DNA from: Auanema rhodensis
Lineage: Eukaryota > Animalia > Nematoda
Length of the DNA stretch: 64,000 bases
Direction: 5' to 3'
Assembly: GCA_964057225.1 (NCBI GenBank)
Contig: OZ059900.1
Location: 3,038,001-3,102,000 of the forward strand
In this document: positions 10,784 to 25,900 of the stretch, in pieces
Layout of the letters: every line of letters begins with the position of its first letter
Position numbering within the stretch: the stretch's first letter is position 1
Notes under the pieces: generated by a model
What the model was told of the DNA's origin: nothing
Database searches by the model: none
What the model saw: only the letters and a program-made list of their open reading frames with translations
Translations under genes and position numbers: made by a program

Positions 10784-13700
10784 TAAGTGTGGTCGTTTTT
10801 ATGCCTTTAACACCATATACTCAACGATTTTTGGTACAAAATCTGTAATACTCGTAAATTTTGATCATATTCGTTAAGATTTGAGAATCAAACACACAAT
10901 GCACGAAATAAGTTTATTTTGACGAGTTTGCACTGATATTTATTCATTTTGATCAAAAAAGGTCGAAAATAGAAAGAATTTTTGAATTTTCCGAGTTTTG
11001 AGTCCAATTGGGCTAAATCGCTCATATATATGATCAAAAGCATAGTTTTACTGTCTATGATAACAAAAGTCTTCAAATATACACTAATGATGTGTAAATC
11101 ACTGAATTTCACTCAAATAGCTTTACTACACTAAGTATGGTCGTTTTTATGCCTTTAACACCATATACTCACCGATTTTTGGTACAAAATCTGTAATACT
11201 CGAAAATTTTGATCATATTCGTTAAGATTTGAGAATCAAACATACAATACACGAAATAAGTTTATTTTGACGAGTTTGCACTGATATTTATTCATTTTGA
11301 TCAAAAAAGGTCGAAAATAGAAAGAATTTTTGAATTTTCCGAGTTTTGAGTCCAATTGGGCTAAATCGCTCATATATATGATCAAAAGCATAGTTTTACT
11401 GTCTATGATAACAAAAGTCTTCAAATATACACTAATGATGTGTAAATCACTGAATTTCACTCAAATAGCTTTACTACACTAAGTATGGTCGTTTTTATGC
11501 CTTTAACACCATATACTCACCGATTTTTGGTACAAAATCTGTAATACTCGTAAATTTTGATCATATTCGGTGAGATTCGAGAATCAAACACACAATGCAC
11601 GAAATAAGTTTATTTTGACGAGTTTGCACTGATATTTATTCATTTTGATCAAAAAAGGTCGAAAATAGAAAGAATTTTTGAATTTTCCGAGTTTTGAGTC
11701 CAATTGGGCTAAATCGCTCATATATATGATCAAAAGCATAGTTTTACTGTCTATGATAACAAAAGTCTTCAAATATACACTAATGATGTGTAAATCACTG
11801 AATTTCACTCAAATAGCTTTACTACACTAAGTATGGTCGTTTTTATGCCTTTAACACCATATACTCACCGATTTTTGGTACAAAATCTGTAATACTCGTA
11901 AATTTTGATCATATTCGTTAAGATTTGAGAATCAAACATACAATACACAAAATCAGTCTATTTTTATGAGCTTGCACTGATATATATTCATTTTGATCGA
12001 AAAAGGTCGAAAATAGAAAGAAATTTTGAAATTTCCAAGTTTTGAGTCTAATTTGGCTAAATCGCTCATATATATGATCAAAAGCATAGTTTTACTGTCT
12101 ATGATAACAAAAGTCTTCAAATATACACTAATAATGTGTAAATCACTGAATTTCACTCAAATAGCTTTACTACACTAAGTGTGGTCGTTTTTATGCCTTT
12201 AACACCATATACTCAACGATTTTTGGTACAAAATCTGTAATACTCGTAAATTTTGATCATATTCGTTAAGATTTGAGAATCAAACACACAATGCACGAAA
12301 TAAGTTTATTTTGACGAGTTTGCACTGATATTTATTCATTTTGATCAAAAAAGGTCGAAAATAGAAAGAATTTTTGAATTTTCCGAGTTTTGAGTCCAAT
12401 TGGGCTAAATCGCTCATATATATGATCAAAAGCATAGTTTTACTGTCTATGATAACAAAAGTCTTCAAATATACACTAATGATGTGTAAATCACTGAATT
12501 TCACTCAAATAGCTTTACTACACTAAGTATGGTCGTTTTTATGCCTTTAACACCATATACTCACCGATTTTTGGTACAAAATCTGTAATACTCGAAAATT
12601 TTGATCATATTCGTTAAGATTTGAGAATCAAACATACAATACACAAAATCAGTCTATTTTTATGAGCTTGCACTGATATATATTCATTTTGATCAAAAAA
12701 GGTCGAAAATAGAAAGAAATTTTGAAATTTCCGAGTTTTGAGTCTAATTTGGCTAAATCGCTCATATATATGATCAAAAGCATAGTTTTACTGTCTATGA
12801 TAACAAAAGTCTTCAAATATACACTAATAATGTGTAAATCACTGAATTTCACTCAAATAGCTTTACTACACTAAGTGTGGTCGTTTTTATGCCTTTAACA
12901 CCATATACTCAACGATTTTTGGTACAAAATCTGTAATACTCGTAAATTTTGATCATATTCGTTAAGATTTGAGAATCAAACACACAATGCACGAAATAAG
13001 TTTATTTTGACGAGTTTGCACTGATATTTATTCATTTTGATCAAAAAAGGTCGAAAATAGAAAGAAATTTTGAAATTTCCGAGTTTTGAGTCTAATTTGG
13101 CTAAATCGCTCATATATATGATCAAAAGCATAGTTTTACTGTCTATGATAACAAAAGTCTTCAAATATACACTAATAATGTGTAAATCACTGAATTTCAC
13201 TCAAATAGCTTTACTACACTAAGTGTGGTCGTTTTTATGCCTTTAACACCATATACTCAACGATTTTTGGTACAAAATCTGTAATACTCGTAAATTTTGA
13301 TCATATTCGTTAAGATTTGAGAATCAAACACACAATGCACGAAATAAGTTTATTTTGACGAGTTTGCACTGATATTTATTCATTTTGATCAAAAAAGGTC
13401 GAAAATAGAAAGAATTTTTGAATTTTCCGAGTTTTGAGTCCAATTGGGCTAAATCGCTCATATATATGATCAAAAGCATAGTTTTACTGTCTATGATAAC
13501 AAAAGTCTTCAAATATACACTAATGATGTGTAAATCACTGAATTTCACTCAAATAGCTTTACTACACTAAGTATGGTCGTTTTTATGCCTTTAACACCAT
13601 ATACTCACCGATTTTTGGTACAAAATCTGTAATACTCGAAAATTTTGATCATATTCGTTAAGATTTGAGAATCAAACATACAATACACGAAATAAGTTTA

Positions 13701-15655
13701 TTTTGACGAGTTTGCACTGATATTTATTCATTTTGATCAAAAAAGGTCGAAAATAGAAAGAATTTTTGAATTTTCCGAGTTTTGAGTCCAATTGGGCTAA
13801 ATCGCTCATATATATGATCAAAAGCATAGTTTTACTGTCTATGATAACAAAAGTCTTCAAATATACACTAATGATGTGTAAATCACTGAATTTCACTCAA
13901 ATAGCTTTACTACACTAAGTATGGTCGTTTTTATGCCTTTAACACCATATACTCACCGATTTTTGGTACAAAATCTGTAATACTCGTAAATTTTGATCAT
14001 ATTCGGTGAGATTCGAGAATCAAACACACAATGCACGAAATAAGTTTATTTTGACGAGTTTGCACTGATATTTATTCATTTTGATCAAAAAAGGTCGAAA
14101 ATAGAAAGAATTTTTGAATTTTCCGAGTTTTGAGTCCAATTGGGCTAAATCGCTCATATATATGATCAAAAGCATAGTTTTACTGTCTATGATAACAAAA
14201 GTCTTCAAATATACACTAATGATGTGTAAATCACTGAATTTCACTCAAATAGCTTTACTACACTAAGTATGGTCGTTTTTATGCCTTTAACACCATATAC
14301 TCACCGATTTTTGGTACAAAATCTGTAATACTCGTAAATTTTGATCATATTCGTTAAGATTTGAGAATCAAACATACAATACACAAAATCAGTCTATTTT
14401 TATGAGCTTGCACTGATATATATTCATTTTGATCGAAAAAGGTCGAAAATAGAAAGAAATTTTGAAATTTCCGAGTTTTGAGTCTAATTTGGCTAAATCG
14501 CTCATATATATGATCAAAAGCATAGTTTTACTGTCTATGATAACAAAAGTCTTCAAATATACACTAATAATGTGTAAATCACTGAATTTCACTCAAATAG
14601 CTTTACTACACTAAGTGTGGTCGTTTTTATGCCTTTAACACCATATACTCAACGATTTTTGGTACAAAATCTGTAATACTCGTAAATTTTGATCATATTC
14701 GTTAAGATTTGAGAATCAAACACACAATGCACGAAATAAGTTTATTTTGACGAGTTTGCACTGATATTTATTCATTTTGATCAAAAAAGGTCGAAAATAG
14801 AAAGAATTTTTGAATTTTCCGAGTTTTGAGTCCAATTGGGCTAAATCGCTCATATATATGATCAAAAGCATAGTTTTACTGTCTATGATAACAAAAGTCT
14901 TCAAATATACACTAATGATGTGTAAATCACTGAATTTCACTCAAATAGCTTTACTACACTAAGTATGGTCGTTTTTATGCCTTTAACACCATATACTCAC
15001 CGATTTTTGGTACAAAATCTGTAATACTCGAAAATTTTGATCATATTCGTTAAGATTTGAGAATCAAACATACAATACACAAAATCAGTTTATTTTTATG
15101 AGCTTGCACTGATATATATTCATTTTGATCAAAAAAGGTCGAAAATAGAAAGAAATTTTGAAATTTCCGAGTTTTGAGTCTAATTTGGCTAAATCGCTCA
15201 TATATATGATCAAAAGCATAGTTTTACTGTCTATGATAACAAAAGTCTTCAAATATACACTAATAATGTGTAAATCACTGAATTTCACTCAAATAGCTTT
15301 ACTACACTAAGTGTGGTCGTTTTTATGCCTTTAACACCATATACTCAACGATTTTTGGTACAAAATCTGTAATACTCGTAAATTTTGATCATATTCGTTA
15401 AGATTTGAGAATCAAACACACAATGCACGAAATAAGTTTATTTTGACGAGTTTGCACTGATATTTATTCATTTTGATCAAAAAAGGTCGAAAATAGAAAG
15501 AATTTTTGAAATTTCCGAGTTTTGAGTCTAATTTGGCTAAATCGCTCATATATATGATCAAAAGCATAGTTTTACTGTCTATGATAACAAAAGTCTTCAA
15601 ATATACACTAATAATGTGTAAATCACTGAATTTCACTCAAATAGCATTACTACAC
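10784..15655. repeat. Local higher-order repeat: 7-monomer unit (2436 bp) x2
   Basis: Diagnostic ORF-track variants recur at +2436: VLYV 11236/13672, FSI 11953/14389, ISF 12649/15085. The last monomer of the second copy is recombinant. Confidence 0.85.
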
Positions 15656-18600
15656 TAAGTATGGTCGTTTTTATGCCTTTAACACCATATACTCACCGAT
15701 TTTTGGTACAAAATCTGTGATACTCGTAAATTTTGATCATATTCGGTGAGATTCGAGAATCAAACACACAATACACGAAATAAGTTTATTTTTACGAGTT
15801 TGCACTGATATTTATTCATTTTGATCAAAAAAGGTCGAAAATAGAAAGAATTTTTGAAATTTCCGAGTTTTGAGTCTAATTTGGCTAAATCGCTCATATA
15901 TATGATCAAAAGCATAGTTTTACTGTCTATGATAACAAAAGTCTTCAAATATACACTAATAATGTGTAAATCACTGAATTTCACTCAAATAGCATTACTA
16001 CACTAAGTATGGTCGTTTTTATGCCTTTAACACCATATACTCACCGATTTTTGGTACAAAATCTGTGATACTCGTAAATTTTGATCATATTCGGTGAGAT
16101 TCCAGAATCAAACACACAATACACGAAATAAGTTCATTTTTACGAGTTTGCACTGATATTTATTCATTTTGATCAAAAAAGGTCGAAAATAGAAAGAATT
16201 TTTGAAATTTCCGAGTTTTGAGTCTAATTTGGCTAAATCGCTCATATATATGATCAAAAGCATAGTTTTATTGTCTATGACAACAAAAGTCATCAATTAA
16301 ACGCTAGTGATGTTTAAATACTGAATTTCGCTCAAATAGCAATACTACACTAAGTATGGTCGTTTTTATGCCTTTAACACCATATACTCACCGATTTTTG
16401 GTACAAAATCTGTAATACTCGTAAATTTTGATCATATTCGTTAAGATTTGAGAATCAAACATACAATACACAAAATCAGTCTATTTTTATGAGCTTGCAC
16501 TGATATATATTCATTTTGATCAAAAAAGGTCGAAAATAGAAAGAATTTTTGAAATTTACGAGTTTTGAGTCTAATTTGGCTAAATCGCTCATATATATGA
16601 TCAGAAGCATAGTTTTATTGTCTATGACAACGAAAGTCATTAATTGAACACTAATGATGTTTAAATCACTAAATTTCGCTCAAATAGCATTACTACACTA
16701 AGTATGGTCGTTTTTATGCCTTTAACACCATATACTCACCGATTTTTGGTACAAAATCTGTAATACTCGTAAATTTTGATCATATTCGGTGAGATTCGAG
16801 AATCAAACACACAATGCACGAAATAAGTTTATTTTGACGAGTTTGCACTGATATTTATTCATTTTGATCAAAAAAGGTCGAAAATAGAAAGAATTTTTGA
16901 ATTTTCCGAGTTTTGAGTCCAATTGGGCTAAATCGCTCATATATATGATCAAAAGCATAGTTTTACTGTCTATGATAACAAAAGTCTTCAAATATACACT
17001 AATGATGTGTAAATCACTGAATTTCACTCAAATAGCTTTACTACACTAAGTATGGTCGTTTTTATGCCTTTAACACCATATACTCACCGATTTTTGGTAC
17101 AAAATCTGTAATACTCGTAAATTTTGATCATATTCGTTAAGATTTGAGAATCAAACATACAATACACAAAATCAGTCTATTTTTATGAGCTTGCACTGAT
17201 ATATATTCATTTTGATCGAAAAAGGTCGAAAATAGAAAGAAATTTTGAAATTTCCGAGTTTTGAGTCTAATTTGGCTAAATCGCTCATATATATGATCAA
17301 AAGCATAGTTTTACTGTCTATGATAACAAAAGTCTTCAAATATACACTAATAATGTGTAAATCACTGAATTTCACTCAAATAGCTTTACTACACTAAGTG
17401 TGGTCGTTTTTATGCCTTTAACACCATATACTCAACGATTTTTGGTACAAAATCTGTAATACTCGTAAATTTTGATCATATTCGTTAAGATTTGAGAATC
17501 AAACATACAATACACAAAATCAGTCTATTTTTATGAGCTTGCACTGATATATATTCATTTTGATCAAAAAAGGTCGAAAATAGAAAGAATTTTTGAAATT
17601 TACGAGTTTTGAGTCTAATTTGGCTAAATCGCTCATATATATGATCAGAAGCATAGTTTTATTGTCTATGACAACGAAAGTCATTAATTGAACACTAATG
17701 ATGTTTAAATCACTAAATTTCGCTCAAATAGCATTACTACACTAAGTATGGTCGTTTTTATGCCTTTAACACCATATACTCACCGATTTTTGGTACAAAA
17801 TCTGTAATACTCGTAAATTTTGATCATATTCGTTAAGATTTGAGAATCAAACATACAATACACAAAATCAGTCTATTTTTATGAGCTTGCACTGATATAT
17901 ATTCATTTTGATCGAAAAAGGTCGAAAATAGAAAGAAATTTTGAAATTTCCGAGTTTTGAGTCTAATTTGGCTAAATCGCTCATATATATGATCAAAAGC
18001 ATAGTTTTACTGTCTATGATAACAAAAGTCTTCAAATATACACTAATAATGTGTAAATCACTGAATTTCACTCAAATAGCTTTACTACACTAAGTGTGGT
18101 CGTTTTTATGCCTTTAACACCATATACTCAACGATTTTTGGTACAAAATCTGTAATACTCGTAAATTTTGATCATATTCGTTAAGATTTGAGAATCAAAC
18201 ATACAATACACAAAATCAGTCTATTTTTATGAGCTTGCACTGATATATATTCATTTTGATCAAAAAAGGTCGAAAATAGAAAGAATTTTTGAAATTTCCG
18301 AGTTTTGAGTCTAATTTGGCTAAATCGCTCATATACATGATCAGAAGCATAGTTTTATTGTCTATGACAACAAAAGTCATCAATTAAACGCTAGTGATGT
18401 TTAAATACTGATTTTCGCTCAAATAGCATTACTACACTAAGTATGGTCGTTTTTATGCCTTTAACACCATATACTCACCGATTTTTGGTACAAAATCTGT
18501 GATACTCGTAAATTTTGATCATATTCGGTGAGATTCGAGAATCAAACACACAATACACGAAATAAGTTTATTTTTACGAGTTTGCACTGATATTTATTCA

Positions 18601-19479
18601 TTTTGATCAAAAAAGGTCGAAAATAGAAAGAATTTTTGAAATTTCCGAGTTTTGAGTCTAATTTGGCTAAATCGCTCATATACATGATCAGAAGCATAGT
18701 TTTATTGTCTATGACAACAAAAGTCATCAATTAAACGCTAGTGATGTTTAAATACTGATTTTCGCTCAAATAGCATTACTACACTAAGTATGGTCGTTTT
18801 TATGCCTTTAACACCATATACTCACCGATTTTTGGTACAAAATCTGTGATACTCGTAAATTTTGATCATATTCGGTGAGATTCGAGAATCAAACACACAA
18901 TACACGAAATAAGTTTATTTTTACGAGTTTGCACTGATATTTATTCATTTTGATCAAAAAAGGTCGAAAATAGAAAGAATTTTTGAAATTTCCGAGTTTT
19001 GAGTCTAATTTGGCTAAATCGCTCATATATATGATCAAAAGCATAGTTTTACTGTCTATGATAACAAAAGTCTTCAAATATACACTAATAATGTGTAAAT
19101 CACTGAATTTCACTCAAATAGCATTACTACACTAAGTATGGTCGTTTTTATGCCTTTAACACCATATACTCACCGATTTTTGGTACAAAATCTGTGATAC
19201 TCGTAAATTTTGATCATATTCGGTGAGATTCGAGAATCAAACACACAATACACGAAATAAGTTTATTTTTACGAGTTTGCACTGATATTTATTCATTTTG
19301 ATCAAAAAAGGTCGAAAATAGAAAGAATTTTTGAAATTTCCGAGTTTTGAGTCTAATTTGGCTAAATCGCTCATATATATGATCAAAAGCATAGTTTTAT
19401 TGTCTATGACAACAAAAGTCATCAATTAAACGCTAGTGATGTTTAAATACTGATTTTCGCTCAAATAGCATTACTACAC

Positions 19480-22400
19480 TAAGTATGGTCGTTTTTATGC
19501 CTTTAACACCATATACTCACCGATTTTTGGTACAAAATCTGTGATACTCGTAAATTTTGATCATATTCGGTGAGATTCGAGAATCAAACACACAATGCAC
19601 GAAATAAGTTTATTTTGACGAGTTTGCACTGATATTTATTCATTTTGATCAAAAAAGGTCGAAAATAGAAAGAATTTTTGAATTTTCCGAGTTTTGAGTC
19701 CAATTGGGCTAAATCGCTCATATATATGATCAAAAGCATAGTTTTACTGTCTATGATAACAAAAGTCTTCAAATATACACTAATAATGTGTAAATCACTG
19801 AATTTCACTCAAATAGCTTTACTACACTAAGTGTGGTCGTTTTTATGCCTTTAACACCATATACTCAAAGATTTTTGGTACAAAATCTGTAATACTCGTA
19901 AATTTTGATCATATTCGTTAAGATTTGAGAATCAAACATACAATACACAAAATCAGTCTATTTTTATGAGCTTGCACTGATATATATTCATTTTGATCAA
20001 AAAAGGTCGAAAATAGAAAGAATTTTTGAAATTTCCGAGTTTTGAGTCTAATTTGGCTAAATCGCTCATATATATGATCAAAAGCATAGTTTTACTGTCT
20101 ATGATAACAAAAGTCTTCAAATATACACTAATGATGTGTAAATCACTGAATTTCACTCAAATAGCTTTACTACACTAAGTATGGTCGTTTTTATGCCTTT
20201 AACACCATATACTCACCGATTTTTGGTACAAAATCTGTGATACTCGTAAATTTTGATCATATTCGGTGAGATTCGAGAATCAAACACACAATACACGAAA
20301 TAAGTTTATTTTTACGAGTTTGCACTGATATTTATTCATTTTGATCAAAAAAGGTCGAAAATAGAAAGAATTTTTGAAATTTCCGAGTTTTGAGTCTAAT
20401 TTGGCTAAATCGCTCATATATATGATCAAAAGCATAGTTTTACTGTCTATGATAACAAAAGTCTTCAAATATACACTAATAATGTGTAAATCACTGAATT
20501 TCACTCAAATAGCATTACTACACTAAGTATGGTCGTTTTTATGCCTTTAACACCATATACTCACCGATTTTTGGTACAAAATCTGTGATACTCGTAAATT
20601 TTGATCATATTCGGTGAGATTCCAGAATCAAACACACAATACACGAAATAAGTTTATTTTTACGAGTTTGCACTGATATTTATTCATTTTGATCAAAAAA
20701 GGTCGAAAATAGAAAGAATTTTTGAAATTTCCGAGTTTTGAGTCTAATTTGGCTAAATCGCTCATATATATGATCAAAAGCATAGTTTTATTGTCTATGA
20801 CAACAAAAGTCATCAATTAAACGCTAGTGATGTTTAAATACTGAATTTCGCTCAAATAGCAATACTACACTAAGTATGGTCGTTTTTATGCCTTTAACAC
20901 CATATACTCACCGATTTTTGGTACAAAATCTGTAATACTCGTAAATTTTGATCATATTCGTTAAGATTTGAGAATCAAACATACAATACACAAAATCAGT
21001 CTATTTTTATGAGCTTGCACTGATATATATTCATTTTGATCAAAAAAGGTCGAAAATAGAAAGAATTTTTGAAATTTACGAGTTTTGAGTCTAATTCGGC
21101 TAAATCGCTCATATATATGATCAGAAGCATAGTTTTATTGTCTATGACAACGAAAGTCATTAATTGAACACTAATGATGTTTAAATCACTAAATTTCGCT
21201 CAAATAGCATTACTACACTAAGTATGGTCGTTTTTATGCCTTTAACACCATATACTCACCGATTTTTGGTACAAAATCTGTGATACTCGTAAATTTTGAT
21301 CATATTCGGTGAGATTCGAGAATCAAACACACAATGCACGAAATAAGTTTATTTTGACGAGTTTGCACTGATATTTATTCATTTTGATCAAAAAAGGTCG
21401 AAAATAGAAAGAATTTTTGAATTTTCCGAGTTTTGAGTCCAATTGGGCTAAATCGCTCATATATATGATCAAAAGCATAGTTTTACTGTCTATGATAACA
21501 AAAGTCTTCAAATATACACTAATAATGTGTAAATCACTGAATTTCACTCAAATAGCTTTACTACACTAAGTGTGGTCGTTTTTATGCCTTTAACACCATA
21601 TACTCAAAGATTTTTGGTACAAAATCTGTAATACTCGTAAATTTTGATCATATTCGTTAAGATTTGAGAATCAAACATACAATACACAAAATCAGTCTAT
21701 TTTTATGAGCTTGCACTGATATATATTCATTTTGATCAAAAAAGGTCGAAAATAGAAAGAATTTTTGAAATTTCCGAGTTTTGAGTCTAATTTGGCTAAA
21801 TCGCTCATATATATGATCAAAAGCATAGTTTTACTGTCTATGATAACAAAAGTCTTCAAATATACACTAATGATGTGTAAATCACTGAATTTCACTCAAA
21901 TAGCTTTACTACACTAAGTATGGTCGTTTTTATGCCTTTAACACCATATACTCACCGATTTTTGGTACAAAATCTGTGATACTCGTAAATTTTGATCATA
22001 TTCGGTGAGATTCGAGAATCAAACACACAATACACGAAATAAGTTTATTTTTACGAGTTTGCACTGATATTTATTCATTTTGATCAAAAAAGGTCGAAAA
22101 TAGAAAGAATTTTTGAAATTTCCGAGTTTTGAGTCTAATTTGGCTAAATCGCTCATATATATGATCAAAAGCATAGTTTTACTGTCTATGATAACAAAAG
22201 TCTTCAAATATACACTAATAATGTGTAAATCACTGAATTTCACTCAAATAGCATTACTACACTAAGTATGGTCGTTTTTATGCCTTTAACACCATATACT
22301 CACCGATTTTTGGTACAAAATCTGTGATACTCGTAAATTTTGATCATATTCGGTGAGATTCCAGAATCAAACACACAATACACGAAATAAGTTTATTTTT

Positions 22401-22957
22401 ACGAGTTTGCACTGATATTTATTCATTTTGATCAAAAAAGGTCGAAAATAGAAAGAATTTTTGAAATTTCCGAGTTTTGAGTCTAATTTGGCTAAATCGC
22501 TCATATATATGATCAAAAGCATAGTTTTATTGTCTATGACAACAAAAGTCATCAATTAAACGCTAGTGATGTTTAAATACTGAATTTCGCTCAAATAGCA
22601 ATACTACACTAAGTATGGTCGTTTTTATGCCTTTAACACCATATACTCACCGATTTTTGGTACAAAATCTGTAATACTCGTAAATTTTGATCATATTCGT
22701 TAAGATTTGAGAATCAAACATACAATACACAAAATCAGTCTATTTTTATGAGCTTGCACTGATATATATTCATTTTGATCAAAAAAGGTCGAAAATAGAA
22801 AGAATTTTTGAAATTTACGAGTTTTGAGTCTAATTCGGCTAAATCGCTCATATATATGATCAGAAGCATAGTTTTATTGTCTATGACAACGAAAGTCATT
22901 AATTGAACACTAATGATGTTTAAATCACTAAATTTCGCTCAAATAGCATTACTACAC
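19480..22957. repeat. Local higher-order repeat: 5-monomer unit (1739 bp) x2
   Basis: Private variant ACTCAAAGAT at ~19863 and ~21602. TAATTCGG and GCAATACT recur at the same 1739-bp offset, and the monomer type order is the same. Confidence 0.9.
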
Positions 22958-25900
22958 TAAGTATGGTCGTTTTTATGCCTTTAACACCATATACTCACCG
23001 ATTTTTGGTACAAAATCTGTAATACTCGTAAATTTTGATCATATTCGGTGAGATTCGAGAATCAAACACACAATGCACGAAATAAGTTTATTTTGACGAG
23101 TTTGCACTGATATTTATTCATTTTGATCAAAAAAGGTCGAAAATAGAAAGAATTTTTGAATTTTCCGAGTTTTGAGTCCAATTGGGCTAAATCGCTCATA
23201 TATATGATCAAAAGCATAGTTTTACTGTCTATGATAACAAAAGTCTTCAAATATACACTAATGATGTGTAAATCACTGAATTTCACTCAAATAGCTTTAC
23301 TACACTAAGTATGGTCGTTTTTATGCCTTTAACACCATATACTCACCGATTTTTGGTACAAAATCTGTAATACTCGTAAATTTTGATCATATTCGTTAAG
23401 ATTTGAGAATCAAACATACAATACACAAAATCAGTCTATTTTTATGAGCTTGCACTGATATATATTCATTTTGATCAAAAAAGGTCGAAAATAGAAAGAA
23501 TTTTTGAAATTTCCGAGTTTTGAGTCTAATTTGGCTAAATCGCTCATATATATGATCAAAAGCATAGTTTTACTGTCTATGATAACAAAAGTCTTCAAAT
23601 ATACACTAATAATGTGTAAATCACTGAATTTCACTCAAATAGCTTTACTACACTAAGTGTGGTCGTTTTTATGCCTTTAACACCATATACTCAACGATTT
23701 TTGGTACAAAATCTGTAATACTCGTAAATTTTGATCATATTCGTTAAGATTTGAGAATCAAACATACAATACACAAAATCAGTCTATTTTTATGAGCTTG
23801 CACTGATATATATTCATTTTGATCAAAAAAGGTCGAAAATAGAAAGAATTTTTGAAATTTCCGAGTTTTGAGTCTAATTTGGCTAAATCGCTCATATACA
23901 TGATCAGAAGCATAGTTTTATTGTCTATGACAACAAAAGTCATCAATTAAACGCTAGTGATGTTTAAATACTGATTTTCGCTCAAATAGCATTACTACAC
24001 TAAGTATGGTCGTTTTTATGCCTTTAACACCATATACTCACCGATTTTTGGTACAAAATCTGTGATACTCGTAAATTTTGATCATATTCGGTGAGATTCG
24101 AGAATCAAACACACAATACACGAAATAAGTTTATTTTTACGAGTTTGCACTGATATTTATTCATTTTGATCAAAAAAGGTCGAAAATAGAAAGAATTTTT
24201 GAAATTTCCGAGTTTTGAGTCTAATTTGGCTAAATCGCTCATATATATGATCAAAAGCATAGTTTTACTGTCTATGATAACAAAAGTCTTCAAATATACA
24301 CTAATAATGTGTAAATCACTGAATTTCACTCAAATAGCATTACTACACTAAGTATGGTCGTTTTTATGCCTTTAACACCATATACTCACCGATTTTTGGT
24401 ACAAAATCTGTGATACTCGTAAATTTTGATCATATTCGGTGAGATTCGAGAATCAAACACACAATACACGAAATAAGTTTATTTTTACGAGTTTGCACTG
24501 ATATTTATTCATTTTGATCAAAAAAGGTCGAAAATAGAAAGAATTTTTGAAATTTCCGAGTTTTGAGTCTAATTTGGCTAAATCGCTCATATATATGATC
24601 AAAAGCATAGTTTTATTGTCTATGACAACAAAAGTCATCAATTAAACGCTAGTGATGTTTAAATACTGATTTTCGCTCAAATAGCATTACTACACTAAGT
24701 ATGGTCGTTTTTATGCCTTTAACACCATATACTCACCGATTTTTGGTACAAAATCTGTGATACTCGTAAATTTTGATCATATTCGGTGAGATTCGAGAAT
24801 CAAACACACAATGCACGAAATAAGTTTATTTTGACGAGTTTGCACTGATATTTATTCATTTTGATCAAAAAAGGTCGAAAATAGAAAGAATTTTTGAATT
24901 TTCCGAGTTTTGAGTCCAATTGGGCTAAATCGCTCATATATATGATCAAAAGCATAGTTTTACTGTCTATGATAACAAAAGTCTTCAAATATACACTAAT
25001 AATGTGTAAATCACTGAATTTCACTCAAATAGCTTTACTACACTAAGTGTGGTCGTTTTTATGCCTTTAACACCATATACTCAACGATTTTTGGTACAAA
25101 ATCTGTAATACTCGTAAATTTTGATCATATTCGTTAAGATTTGAGAATCAAACATACAATACACAAAATCAGTCTATTTTTATGAGCTTGCACTGATATA
25201 TATTCATTTTGATCAAAAAAGGTCGAAAATAGAAAGAATTTTTGAAATTTCCGAGTTTCGAGTCTAATTTGGCTAAATCGCTCATATACATGATCAGAAG
25301 CATAGTTTTATTGTCTATGACAACAAAAGTCATAAATTAAACGCTAGTGATGTTTAAATACTGATTTTCGCTCAAATAGCATTACTACACTAAGTATGGT
25401 CGTTTTTATGCCTTTAACACCATATACTCACCGATTTTTGGTACAAAATCTGTGATACTCGTAAATTTTGATCATATTCGGTGAGATTCGAGAATCAAAC
25501 ACACAATACACGAAATAAGTTTATTTTTACGAGTTTGCACTGATATTCATTCATTTTGATCAAAAAAGGTCAAAAATAGAAAGAATTTTTGAAATTTCCG
25601 AGTTTTGAGTCTAATTTGGCTAAATCGCTCATATATATGATCAAAAGCATAGTTTTACTGTCTATGATAACAAAAGTCTTCAAATATACACTAATAATGT
25701 GTAAATCACTGAATTTCACTCAAATAGCATTACTACACTAAGTATGGTCGTTTTTATGCCTTTAACACAATATACTCACCGATTTTTGGTACAAAATCTG
25801 TGATACTCGTAAATTTTGATCATATTCGGTGAGATTCGAGAATCAAACACACAATACACGAAATAAGTTTATTTTTACGAGTTTGCACTGATATTTATTC

